NCBI GenBank assembly: GCA_043228905.1
Contig: JBHGNT010000015.1
Location: 10,664,001-10,728,000 of the forward strand
Reading direction: 5' to 3'
Origin: Azolla caroliniana
Lineage: Eukaryota; Plantae; Polypodiophyta
Length of the DNA stretch: 64,000 nt
Shown here: piece by piece, positions 11,622 through 24,825 of the stretch
Numbering within the stretch: position 1 is the first letter of the stretch
Layout: every line of letters starts with the position of its first letter
Notes under the pieces: generated by a model
Told to the model about the DNA's origin: nothing
The model's input: the letters and a program-made list of their open reading frames with translations, nothing else
Database searches by the model: none
Position numbers and translations under genes: made by a program

Positions 11622-13740
11622 GAGTTCTCTTGAAGCCCCGATTTGCTTCTTATAGGCTGCACCCTAACATGCCTCCCCATGTGGGATATACGTATAATCA
11701 TCTCAACATTTAAGCAAACTTTGGTCCTCTCATTGCATCGAAACCACCTTAGCCAATCCTAGGGACCACATTTGACACTTGTTGTTTTGGTTGTAGCCAC
11801 CTTATTATCCATCCCTATACCAAGTCGGGATATACATACTCTCCCATCGCCAGGTGCACCTTATAGGTGCGATTCGTTATTGGTGGTTATAAGCCCCCAT
11901 ATCTGAACCAAACGAACGTTCACGAAATCGTGTGAGCTTCCCGAATCGAACGAGAGTTGTAATGGAGATCCACCCGTTTGCACGTAGTAAATCATTAGGC
12001 CCCACTGCATGTCGAGGGAAAGAGCATTTACAATTACTTGAACGACCGACGCGCATAAACCTCAAGGAAATATGTTCCGCATCGTTGCAGCTAGGTAGCT
12101 ACGTTCTCGCGTTACCCAACCTCAAGTCTCGTCATGACAACGGCACACACTAACGAGCAACCTAATGGCCACGCCGACACGCGCCCTCTTCTCCGCATTG
12201 AAGCTAGTGTGGCCCGTCACATGGTTATTTCATGACCAATGCGTTTCACAATGATGGTCTCGTGACGCCCCCCTAATCAAGTAACGAACGGGGGAGACTC
12301 GATGCGGGATTCGTAAGGGCGGCCCAATGAGAAGTTGGTCTAACCCTAATTCCCCTTAAATGGATGGGGAATGGGCGCGCGCCCATTTCTAAGGCAACAT
12401 ACACACCGTGGCCATGCTTTGCGAAATTTTTACATATGGCACAATCGGGGCGACCGAGGGTAGTAGCACTAATTTCGTTAAATAAGGATGGTCACCGCAC
12501 CTTCCCCACAGAAATGCGAGGACGGGCACCGCGACCCTAAACCCCGAAACACACACCATCATACATAGGATACCGATATCGTATAACGAATTCCGAACAC
12601 GCACACTACATGTATGGGACATGTATAACATCGCATAGGCATACACGCGATCCCATCCACATGCGTACATAAACGGACCTTAAACAAAGACGCAATCCAA
12701 TGACGATGTAATCGAGACGCGTGATCAACGCCTTTGGCCTCTACGGACACTCGACGATCGGGGGAGTATATGAAACAGGAGGTTTGAGGCATTGACCCGA
12801 TACACGTATGACACAACATCTCCTATCGAACATGTACTATATATGGATTTCGAATAACGGAGTGGATAGTGTAATACGTAATGTAGGCGTAAACCTCACA
12901 AGCAATACATTTAACACGCATACGGTTTCTACGCATAAAGTATGACCAAGACAACATGATCTAACGATCTATACGTCAAAATAGTGACTTCAACATGTAC
13001 AAGCAAGGGAGAAGACGATAAAGCACATGAAGAACATCCCTGATGTATCTCAAGGTTTGTGTTGTTGCTATTTCCGTGCTTCGTCTTATATTTCCTCCGG
13101 CCTTGCAACGCACGACCTGAAGTTCTTGCTCCCGACGTTCCAAACTTTTAGAAAGCGTTGTATCTCCTCCTCATATTTGCGCAAATTGTGCGCTTGGGAG
13201 ACGGGAAGTGATGCTCAAAATTTACCGATGTGAGACATGCGCCTCAGTGGTCACGTTCTTCAACTGTCGACGGGGATTGCACAAGCGACGCACGCGTGGA
13301 TTCACGTCTCGGCCAGTGCTCAAGGATTGTGCGAGCGTGTTGGTTGTACATGGACATCGCATCGGTGTTTCCCTCCTTTGTTATTCTACAGCTTCGGCAA
13401 CCCATCGCCATTAACGCACGGTTCTACGTCACGACGCGCATGGTTTCTCCCCAGCCGTTGTACTTAAATTAATTACAAGAAGGAGACGGTAGGTGAGGTT
13501 GGAGCGTGTGTTGTGTGATCTATAGATATGAACGGAAACGGGAAGGGGCTAAAACATGGACGAGGTTAAAGTGAACCACTAATAGCGAGTGGGTAGATTG
13601 ACGTGAGAGGATGGTGGCGCGATGACGGTTGTGCGTGCGTGCGTGTCATGGTGAATACAGGCGCGGGATAAGAACGTCCCACATACAGAGGATGCAGAGC
13701 AAGGGGGCTATAAAACGGGAGCGTTGCGCTAAGCCAAAGC

Positions 13741-13902
13741 ATACTTACCTGGGCGGGGTCAATCGGTGATCAAGAAGGCCGATGGCTTAGGGCCGGTGCC
13801 TCCATTGCACCACCGGAGGGACTGCTTGCCCTAGCATCTCCCCAAGCGGGAGAGTGCACGTCATAATTTGTGACAGCAGGGGCTCGCGTTCGCGCGGCCC
13901 CC
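13741..13902 (+). ncRNA. U1: U1 snRNA (copy 5)
   Basis: Same sequence as copy 1. Confidence 0.98.
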
Positions 13903-14718
13903 ATCTCAATCCAGTGATATCAAGTCGGCCACGTTTGGCGGAAGCATTGGTCGCTCATGGCGGATTCGTCTCAAATGATGCGCTTATGCTTGATCGTCAA
14001 GTTGGCCATGTTTGGCGGAAGCGTCGGTTGCGCTAAGAGTCCCTCGGCATTTTGCTTGGCGGAGGCATCTTATTTTTTGGTGGCTTCCCTCGGCCATGCA
14101 TGTTATGCATAATGATTTGGAGGAAGCACCTGTTGCTTTCACATTTTAAATACATTTTCACCTGCTCGGTAGATCAAAATATGGTTTCAGACACCCAACA
14201 CAACACAGATTTCCACTACCCTGAGAAATGAGAGGAGCATAAAGAGCCATCAAGCGGAGATATACACGTATAGGATATACACATGTCATAGGTCGGAGGT
14301 GGCACATGGCGTATCCATGGTAAGAGTGAAGAGAATTGTGAGTGGATACACGCGACGAGCTGCACACGCGTCGATGTAAAATCTAGTTCACTTCTGTGCC
14401 TTGGGCGCCAGGACCACGAGAGACCACATACGTACGCCTAACGGCCATAGGCGGACGCCCGCCGCATCCTCCATTTATCTTCTCTCCCATTCCAATAGTG
14501 TTCTTCTTTAGCCCGGGCATCGGTGTGGTCGGTTTCTCTACGACGCTCACCATGCGTTGAAAGCCTTCCGTTCTAGTACGTAAAGAAATATTTGGGAAAA
14601 GATAGATATGCATAAATCTAGAACGTTCATCCACGTGACATCGTCCTTCATATTATCATTAGAAGCGGGAGGCGCCTATGTAACATCTTCCTTCAGTTTT
14701 ATTATCATTGTAGAATGA

Positions 14719-14922
14719 GGGCGCGCCTATGTGACCTCAACGTCAGTGCAAGGCTGAGGCGACGCACGCAACTCCCAAAAGCAGCAAGCTGCCTCGAGCG
14801 GGAGCTGGCCCCATGAAAGAAATTAGGTTAATATCGTGCGGCCTGATAGGCCGCGTATCAGATATTAAACTGATAAGAACAGATACTACACTTGATCTTA
14901 GCCAAAAGGCCGAGAAAGGTAT
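14719..14922 (-). ncRNA. U2: U2 snRNA (copy 5)
   Basis: Same sequence as copy 1. Confidence 0.98.
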
Positions 14923-17041
14923 GAGTTCTCTTGAAGCCCCGATTTGCTTCTTATAGGCTGCACCCTAACATGCCTCCCCATGTGGGATATACGTATAATC
15001 ATCTCAACATTTAAGCAAACTTTGGTCCTCTCATTGCATCGAAACCACCTTAGCCAATCCTAGGGACCACATTTGACACTTGTTGTTTTGGTTGTAGCCA
15101 CCTTATTATCCATCCCTATACCAAGTCGGGATATACATACTCTCCCATCGCCAGGTGCACCTTATAGGTGCGATTCGTTATTGGTGGTTATAAGCCCCCA
15201 TATCTGAACCAAACGAACGTTCACGAAATCGTGTGAGCTTCCCGAATCGAACGAGAGTTGTAATGGAGATCCACCCGTTTGCACGTAGTAAATCATTAGG
15301 CCCCACTGCATGTCGAGGGAAAGAGCATTTACAATTACTTGAACGACCGACGCGCATAAACCTCAAGGAAATATGTTCCGCATCGTTGCAGCTAGGTAGC
15401 TACGTTCTCGCGTTACCCAACCTCAAGTCTCGTCATGACAACGGCACACACTAACGAGCAACCTAATGGCCACGCCGACACGCGCCCTCTTCTCCGCATT
15501 GAAGCTAGTGTGGCCCGTCACATGGTTATTTCATGACCAATGCGTTTCACAATGATGGTCTCGTGACGCCCCCCTAATCAAGTAACGAACCGGGGAGACT
15601 CGATGCGGGATTCGTAAGGGCGGCCCAATGAGAAGTTGGTCTAACCCTAATTCCCCTTAAATGGATGGGGAATGGGCGCGCGCCCATTTCTAAGGCAACA
15701 TACACACCGTGGCCATGCTTTGCGAAATTTTTACATATGGCACAATCGGGGCGACCGAGGGTAGTAGCACTAATTTCGTTAAATAAGGATGGTCACCGCA
15801 CCTTCCCCACAGAAATGCGAGGACGGGCACCGCGACCCTAAACCCCGAAACACACACCATCATACATAGGATACCGATATCGTATAACGAATTCCGAACA
15901 CGCACACTACATGTATGGGACATGTATAACATCGCATAGGCATACACGCGATCCCATCCACATGCGTACATAAACGGACCTTAAACAAAGACGCAATCCA
16001 ATGACGATGTAATCGAGACGCGTGATCAACGCCTTTGGCCTCTACGGACACTCGACGATCGGGGGAGTATATGAAACAGGAGGTTTGAGGCATTGACCCG
16101 ATACACGTATGACACAACATCTCCTATCGAACATGTACTATATATGGATTTCGAATAACGGAGTGGATAGTGTAATACGTAATGTAGGCGTAAACCTCAC
16201 AAGCAATACATTTAACACGCATACGGTTTCTACGCATAAAGTATGACCAAGACAACATGATCTAACGATCTATACGTCAAAATAGTGACTTCAACATGTA
16301 CAAGCAAGGGAGAAGACGATAAAGCACATGAAGAACATCCCTGATGTATCTCAAGGTTTGTGTTGTTGCTATTTCCGTGCTTCGTCTTATATTTCCTCCG
16401 GCCTTGCAACGCACGACCTGAAGTTCTTGCTCCCGACGTTCCAAACTTTTAGAAAGCGTTGTATCTCCTCCTCATATTTGCGCAAATTGTGCGCTTGGGA
16501 GACGGGAAGTGATGCTCAAAATTTACCGATGTGAGACATGCGCCTCAGTGGTCACGTTCTTCAACTGTCGACGGGGATTGCACAAGCGACGCACGCGTGG
16601 ATTCACGTCTCGGCCAGTGCTCAAGGATTGTGCGAGCGTGTTGGTTGTACATGGACATCGCATCGGTGTTTCCCTCCTTTGTTATTCTACAGCTTCGGCA
16701 ACCCATCGCCATTAACGCACGGTTCTACGTCACGACGCGCATGGTTTCTCCCCAGCCGTTGTACTTAAATTAATTACAAGAAGGAGACGGTAGGTGAGGT
16801 TGGAGCGTGTGTTGTGTGATCTATAGATATGAACGGAAACGGGAAGGGGCTAAAACATGGACGAGGTTAAAGTGAACCACTAATAGCGAGTGGGTAGATT
16901 GACGTGAGAGGATGGTGGCGCGATGACGGTTGTGCGTGCGTGCGTGTCATGGTGAATACAGGCGCGGGATAAGAACGTCCCACATACAGAGGATGCAGAG
17001 CAAGGGGGCTATAAAACGGGAGCGTTGCGCTAAGCCAAAGC

Positions 17042-17203
17042 ATACTTACCTGGGCGGGGTCAATCGGTGATCAAGAAGGCCGATGGCTTAGGGCCGGTGC
17101 CTCCATTGCACCACCGGAGGGACTGCTTGCCCTAGCATCTCCCCAAGCGGGAGAGTGCACGTCATAATTTGTGACAGCAGGGGCTCGCGTTCGCGCGGCC
17201 CCC
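17042..17203 (+). ncRNA. U1: U1 snRNA (copy 6)
   Basis: Same sequence as copy 1. Confidence 0.98.
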
Positions 17204-18019
17204 ATCTCAATCCAGTGATATCAAGTCGGCCACGTTTGGCGGAAGCATTGGTCGCTCATGGCGGATTCGTCTCAAATGATGCGCTTATGCTTGATCGTCA
17301 AGTTGGCCATGTTTGGCGGAAGCGTCGGTTGCGCTAAGAGTCCCTCGGCATTTTGCTTGGCGGAGGCATCTTATTTTTTGGTGGCTTCCCTCGGCCATGC
17401 ATGTTATGCATAATGATTTGGAGGAAGCACCTGTTGCTTTCACATTTTAAATACATTTTCACCTGCTCGGTAGATCAAAATATGGTTTCAGACACCCAAC
17501 ACAACACAGATTTCCACTACCCTGAGAAATGAGAGGAGCATAAAGAGCCATCAAGCGGAGATATACACGTATAGGATATACACATGTCATAGGTCGGAGG
17601 TGGCACATGGCGTATCCATGGTAAGAGTGAAGAGAATTGTGAGTGGATACACGCGACGAGCTGCACACGCGTCGATGTAAAATCTAGTTCACTTCTGTGC
17701 CTTGGGCGCCAGGACCACGAGAGACCACATACGTACGCCTAACGGCCATAGGCGGACGCCCGCCGCATCCTCCATTTATCTTCTCTCCCATTCCAATAGT
17801 GTTCTTCTTTAGCCCGGGCATCGGTGTGGTCGGTTTCTCTACGACGCTCACCATGCGTTGAAAGCCTTCCGTTCTAGTACCTAAAGAAATATTTGGGAAA
17901 AGATAGATATGCATAAATCTAGAACGTTCATCCACGTGACATCGTCCTTCATATTATCATTAGAAGCGGGAGGCGCCTATGTAACATCTTCCTTCAGTTT
18001 TATTATCATTGTAGAATGA

Positions 18020-18223
18020 GGGCGCGCCTATGTGACCTCAACGTCAGTGCAAGGCTGAGGCGACGCACGCAACTCCCAAAAGCAGCAAGCTGCCTCGAGC
18101 GGGAGCTGGCCCCATGAAAGAAATTAGGTTAATATCGTGCGGCCTGATAGGCCGCGTATCAGATATTAAACTGATAAGAACAGATACTACACTTGATCTT
18201 AGCCAAAAGGCCGAGAAAGGTAT
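18020..18223 (-). ncRNA. U2: U2 snRNA (copy 6)
   Basis: Same sequence as copy 1. Confidence 0.98.
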
Positions 18224-20342
18224 GAGTTCTCTTGAAGCCCCGATTTGCTTCTTATAGGCTGCACCCTAACATGCCTCCCCATGTGGGATATACGTATAAT
18301 CATCTCAACATTTAAGCAAACTTTGGTCCTCTCATTGCATCGAAACCACCTTAGCCAATCCTAGGGACCACATTTGACACTTGTTGTTTTGGTTGTAGCC
18401 ACCTTATTATCCATCCCTATACCAAGTCGGGATATACATACTCTCCCATCGCCAGGTGCACCTTATAGGTGCGATTCGTTATTGGTGGTTATAAGCCCCC
18501 ATATCTGAACCAAACGAACGTTCACGAAATCGTGTGAGCTTCCCGAATCGAACGAGAGTTGTAATGGAGATCCACCCGTTTGCACGTAGTAAATCATTAG
18601 GCCCCACTGCATGTCGAGGGAAAGAGCATTTACAATTACTTGAACGACCGACGCGCATAAACCTCAAGGAAATATGTTCCGCATCGTTGCAGCTAGGTAG
18701 CTACGTTCTCGCGTTACCCAACCTCAAGTCTCGTCATGACAACGGCACACACTAACGAGCAACCTAATGGCCACGCCGACACGCGCCCTCTTCTCCGCAT
18801 TGAAGCTAGTGTGGCCCGTCACATGGTTATTTCATGACCAATGCGTTTCACAATGATGGTCTCGTGACGCCCCCCTAATCAAGTAACGAACGGGGGAGAC
18901 TCGATGCGGGATTCGTAAGGGCGGCCCAATGAGAAGTTGGTCTAACCCTAATTCCCCTTAAATGGATGGGGAATGGGCGCGCGCCCATTTCTAAGGCAAC
19001 ATACACACCGTGGCCATGCTTTGCGAAATTTTTACATATGGCACAATCGGGGCGACCGAGGGTAGTAGCACTAATTTCGTTAAATAAGGATGGTCACCGC
19101 ACCTTCCCCACAGAAATGCGAGGACGGGCACCGCGACCCTAAACCCCGAAACACACACCATCATACATAGGATACCGATATCGTATAACGAATTCCGAAC
19201 ACGCACACTACATGTATGGGACATGTATAACATCGCATAGGCATACACGCGATCCCATCCACATGCGTACATAAACGGACCTTAAACAAAGACGCAATCC
19301 AATGACGATGTAATCGAGACGCGTGATCAACGCCTTTGGCCTCTACGGACACTCGACGATCGGGGGAGTATATGAAACAGGAGGTTTGAGGCATTGACCC
19401 GATACACGTATGACACAACATCTCCTATCGAACATGTACTATATATGGATTTCGAATAACGGAGTGGATAGTGTAATACGTAATGTAGGCGTAAACCTCA
19501 CAAGCAATACATTTAACACGCATACGGTTTCTACGCATAAAGTATGACCAAGACAACATGATCTAACGATCTATACGTCAAAATAGTGACTTCAACATGT
19601 ACAAGCAAGGGAGAAGACGATAAAGCACATGAAGAACATCCCTGATGTATCTCAAGGTTTGTGTTGTTGCTATTTCCGTGCTTCGTCTTATATTTCCTCC
19701 GGCCTTGCAACGCACGACCTGAAGTTCTTGCTCCCGACGTTCCAAACTTTTAGAAAGCGTTGTATCTCCTCCTCATATTTGCGCAAATTGTGCGCTTGGG
19801 AGACGGGAAGTGATGCTCAAAATTTACCGATGTGAGACATGCGCCTCAGTGGTCACGTTCTTCAACTGTCGACGGGGATTGCACAAGCGACGCACGCGTG
19901 GATTCACGTCTCGGCCAGTGCTCAAGGATTGTGCGAGCGTGTTGGTTGTACATGGACATCGCATCGGTGTTTCCCTCCTTTGTTATTCTACAGCTTCGGC
20001 AACCCATCGCCATTAACGCACGGTTCTACGTCACGACGCGCATGGTTTCTCCCCAGCCGTTGTACTTAAATTAATTACAAGAAGGAGACGGTAGGTGAGG
20101 TTGGAGCGTGTGTTGTGTGATCTATAGATATGAACGGAAACGGGAAGGGGCTAAAACATGGACGAGGTTAAAGTGAACCACTAATAGCGAGTGGGTAGAT
20201 TGACGTGAGAGGATGGTGGCGCGATGACGGTTGTGCGTGCGTGCGTGTCATGGTGAATACAGGCGCGGGATAAGAACGTCCCACATACAGAGGATGCAGA
20301 GCAAGGGGGCTATAAAACGGGAGCGTTGCGCTAAGCCAAAGC

Positions 20343-20504
20343 ATACTTACCTGGGCGGGGTCAATCGGTGATCAAGAAGGCCGATGGCTTAGGGCCGGTG
20401 CCTCCATTGCACCACCGGAGGGACTGCTTGCCCTAGCATCTCCCCAAGCGGGAGAGTGCACGTCATAATTTGTGACAGCAGGGGCTCGCGTTCGCGCGGC
20501 CCCC
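20343..20504 (+). ncRNA. U1: U1 snRNA (copy 7)
   Basis: Same sequence as copy 1. Confidence 0.98.
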
Positions 20505-21320
20505 ATCTCAATCCAGTGATATCAAGTCGGCCACGTTTGGCGGAAGCATTGGTCGCTCATGGCGGATTCGTCTCAAATGATGCGCTTATGCTTGATCGTC
20601 AAGTTGGCCATGTTTGGCGGAAGCGTCGGTTGCGCTAAGAGTCCCTCGGCATTTTGCTTGGCGGAGGCATCTTATTTTTTGGTGGCTTCCCTCGGCCATG
20701 CATGTTATGCATAATGATTTGGAGGAAGCACCTGTTGCTTTCACATTTTAAATACATTTTCACCTGCTCGGTAGATCAAAATATGGTTTCAGACACCCAA
20801 CACAACACAGATTTCCACTACCCTGAGAAATGAGAGGAGCATAAAGAGCCATCAAGCGGAGATATACACGTATAGGATATACACATGTCATAGGTCGGAG
20901 GTGGCACATGGCGTATCCATGGTAAGAGTGAAGAGAATTGTGAGTGGATACACGCGACGAGCTGCACACGCGTCGATGTAAAATCTAGTTCACTTCTGTG
21001 CCTTGGGCGCCAGGACCACGAGAGACCACATACGTACGCCTAACGGCCATAGGCGGACGCCCGCCGCATCCTCCATTTATCTTCTCTCCCATTCCAATAG
21101 TGTTCTTCTTTAGCCCGGGCATCGGTGTGGTCGGTTTCTCTACGACGCTCACCATGCGTTGAAAGCCTTCCGTTCTAGTACGTAAAGAAATATTTGGGAA
21201 AAGATAGATATGCATAAATCTAGAACGTTCATCCACGTGACATCGTCCTTCATATTATCATTAGAAGCGGGAGGCGCCTATGTAACATCTTCCTTCAGTT
21301 TTATTATCATTGTAGAATGA

Positions 21321-21524
21321 GGGCGCGCCTATGTGACCTCAACGTCAGTGCAAGGCTGAGGCGACGCACGCAACTCCCAAAAGCAGCAAGCTGCCTCGAG
21401 CGGGAGCTGGCCCCATGAAAGAAATTAGGTTAATATCGTGCGGCCTGATAGGCCGCGTATCAGATATTAAACTGATAAGAACAGATACTACACTTGATCT
21501 TAGCCAAAAGGCCGAGAAAGGTAT
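21321..21524 (-). ncRNA. U2: U2 snRNA (copy 7)
   Basis: Same sequence as copy 1. Confidence 0.98.
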
Positions 21525-23643
21525 GAGTTCTCTTGAAGCCCCGATTTGCTTCTTATAGGCTGCACCCTAACATGCCTCCCCATGTGGGATATACGTATAA
21601 TCATCTCAACATTTAAGCAAACTTTGGTCCTCTCATTGCATCGAAACCACCTTAGCCAATCCTAGGGACCACATTTGACACTTGTTGTTTTGGTTGTAGC
21701 CACCTTATTATCCATCCCTATACCAAGTCGGGATATACATACTCTCCCATCGCCAGGTGCACCTTATAGGTGCGATTCGTTATTGGTGGTTATAAGCCCC
21801 CATATCTGAACCAAACGAACGTTCACGAAATCGTGTGAGCTTCCCGAATCGAACGAGAGTTGTAATGGAGATCCACCCGTTTGCACGTAGTAAATCATTA
21901 GGCCCCACTGCATGTCGAGGGAAAGAGCATTTACAATTACTTGAACGACCGACGCGCATAAACCTCAAGGAAATATGTTCCGCATCGTTGCAGCTAGGTA
22001 GCTACGTTCTCGCGTTACCCAACCTCAAGTCTCGTCATGACAACGGCACACACTAACGAGCAACCTAATGGCCACGCCGACACGCGCCCTCTTCTCCGCA
22101 TTGAAGCTAGTGTGGCCCGTCACATGGTTATTTCATGACCAATGCGTTTCACAATGATGGTCTCGTGACGCCCCCCTAATCAAGTAACGAACGGGGGAGA
22201 CTCGATGCGGGATTCGTAAGGGCGGCCCAATGAGAAGTTGGTCTAACCCTAATTCCCCTTAAATGGATGGGGAATGGGCGCGCGCCCATTTCTAAGGCAA
22301 CATACACACCGTGGCCATGCTTTGCGAAATTTTTACATATGGCACAATCGGGGCGACCGAGGGTAGTAGCACTAATTTCGTTAAATAAGGATGGTCACCG
22401 CACCTTCCCCACAGAAATGCGAGGACGGGCACCGCGACCCTAAACCCCGAAACACACACCATCATACATAGGATACCGATATCGTATAACGAATTCCGAA
22501 CACGCACACTACATGTATGGGACATGTATAACATCGCATAGGCATACACGCGATCCCATCCACATGCGTACATAAACGGACCTTAAACAAAGACGCAATC
22601 CAATGACGATGTAATCGAGACGCGTGATCAACGCCTTTGGCCTCTACGGACACTCGACGATCGGGGGAGTATATGAAACAGGAGGTTTGAGGCATTGACC
22701 CGATACACGTATGACACAACATCTCCTATCGAACATGTACTATATATGGATTTCGAATAACGGAGTGGATAGTGTAATACGTAATGTAGGCGTAAACCTC
22801 ACAAGCAATACATTTAACACGCATACGGTTTCTACGCATAAAGTATGACCAAGACAACATGATCTAACGATCTATACGTCAAAATAGTGACTTCAACATG
22901 TACAAGCAAGGGAGAAGACGATAAAGCACATGAAGAACATCCCTGATGTATCTCAAGGTTTGTGTTGTTGCTATTTCCGTGCTTCGTCTTATATTTCCTC
23001 CGGCCTTGCAACGCACGACCTGAAGTTCTTGCTCCCGACGTTCCAAACTTTTAGAAAGCGTTGTATCTCCTCCTCATATTTGCGCAAATTGTGCGCTTGG
23101 GAGACGGGAAGTGATGCTCAAAATTTACCGATGTGAGACATGCGCCTCAGTGGTCACGTTCTTCAACTGTCGACGGGGATTGCACAAGCGACGCACGGGT
23201 GGATTCACGTCTCGGCCAGTGCTCAAGGATTGTGCGAGCGTGTTGGTTGTACATGGACATCGCATCGGTGTTTCCCTCCTTTGTTATTCTACAGCTTCGG
23301 CAACCCATCGCCATTAACGCACGGTTCTACGTCACGACGCGCATGGTTTCTCCCCAGCCGTTGTACTTAAATTAATTACAAGAAGGAGACGGTAGGTGAG
23401 GTTGGAGCGTGTGTTGTGTGATCTATAGATATGAACGGAAACGGGAAGGGGCTAAAACATGGACGAGGTTAAAGTGAACCACTAATAGCGAGTGGGTAGA
23501 TTGACGTGAGAGGATGGTGGCGCGATGACGGTTGTGCGTGCGTGCGTGTCATGGTGAATACAGGCGCGGGATAAGAACGTCCCACATACAGAGGATGCAG
23601 AGCAAGGGGGCTATAAAACGGGAGCGTTGCGCTAAGCCAAAGC

Positions 23644-23805
23644 ATACTTACCTGGGCGGGGTCAATCGGTGATCAAGAAGGCCGATGGCTTAGGGCCGGT
23701 GCCTCCATTGCACCACCGGAGGGACTGCTTGCCCTAGCATCTCCCCAAGCGGGAGAGTGCACGTCATAATTTGTGACAGCAGGGGCTCGCGTTCGCGCGG
23801 CCCCC
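23644..23805 (+). ncRNA. U1: U1 snRNA (copy 8)
   Basis: Same sequence as copy 1. Confidence 0.98.
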
Positions 23806-24621
23806 ATCTCAATCCAGTGATATCAAGTCGGCCACGTTTGGCGGAAGCATTGGTCGCTCATGGCGGATTCGTCTCAAATGATGCGCTTATGCTTGATCGT
23901 CAAGTTGGCCATGTTTGGCGGAAGCGTCGGTTGCGCTAAGAGTCCCTCGGCATTTTGCTTGGCGGAGGCATCTTATTTTTTGGTGGCTTCCCTCGGCCAT
24001 GCATGTTATGCATAATGATTTGGAGGAAGCACCTGTTGCTTTCACATTTTAAATACATTTTCACCTGCTCGGTAGATCAAAATATGGTTTCAGACACCCA
24101 ACACAACACAGATTTCCACTACCCTGAGAAATGAGAGGAGCATAAAGAGCCATCAAGCGGAGATATACACGTATAGGATATACACATGTCATAGGTCGGA
24201 GGTGGCACATGGCGTATCCATGGTAAGAGTGAAGAGAATTGTGAGTGGATACACGCGACGAGCTGCACACGCGTCGATGTAAAATCTAGTTCACTTCTGT
24301 GCCTTGGGCGCCAGGACCACGAGAGACCACATACGTACGCCTAACGGCCATAGGCGGACGCCCGCCGCATCCTCCATTTATCTTCTCTCCCATTCCAATA
24401 GTGTTCTTCTTTAGCCCGGGCATCGGTGTGGTCGGTTTCTCTACGACGCTCACCATGCGTTGAAAGCCTTCCGTTCTAGTACGTAAAGAAATATTTGGGA
24501 AAAGATAGATATGCATAAATCTAGAACGTTCATCCACGTGACATCGTCCTTCATATTATCATTAGAAGCGGGAGGCGCCTATGTAACATCTTCCTTCAGT
24601 TTTATTATCATTGTAGAATGA

Positions 24622-24825
24622 GGGCGCGCCTATGTGACCTCAACGTCAGTGCAAGGCTGAGGCGACGCACGCAACTCCCAAAAGCAGCAAGCTGCCTCGA
24701 GCGGGAGCTGGCCCCATGAAAGAAATTAGGTTAATATCGTGCGGCCTGATAGGCCGCGTATCAGATATTAAACTGATAAGAACAGATACTACACTTGATC
24801 TTAGCCAAAAGGCCGAGAAAGGTAT
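24622..24825 (-). ncRNA. U2: U2 snRNA (copy 8)
   Basis: Same sequence as copy 1. Confidence 0.98.
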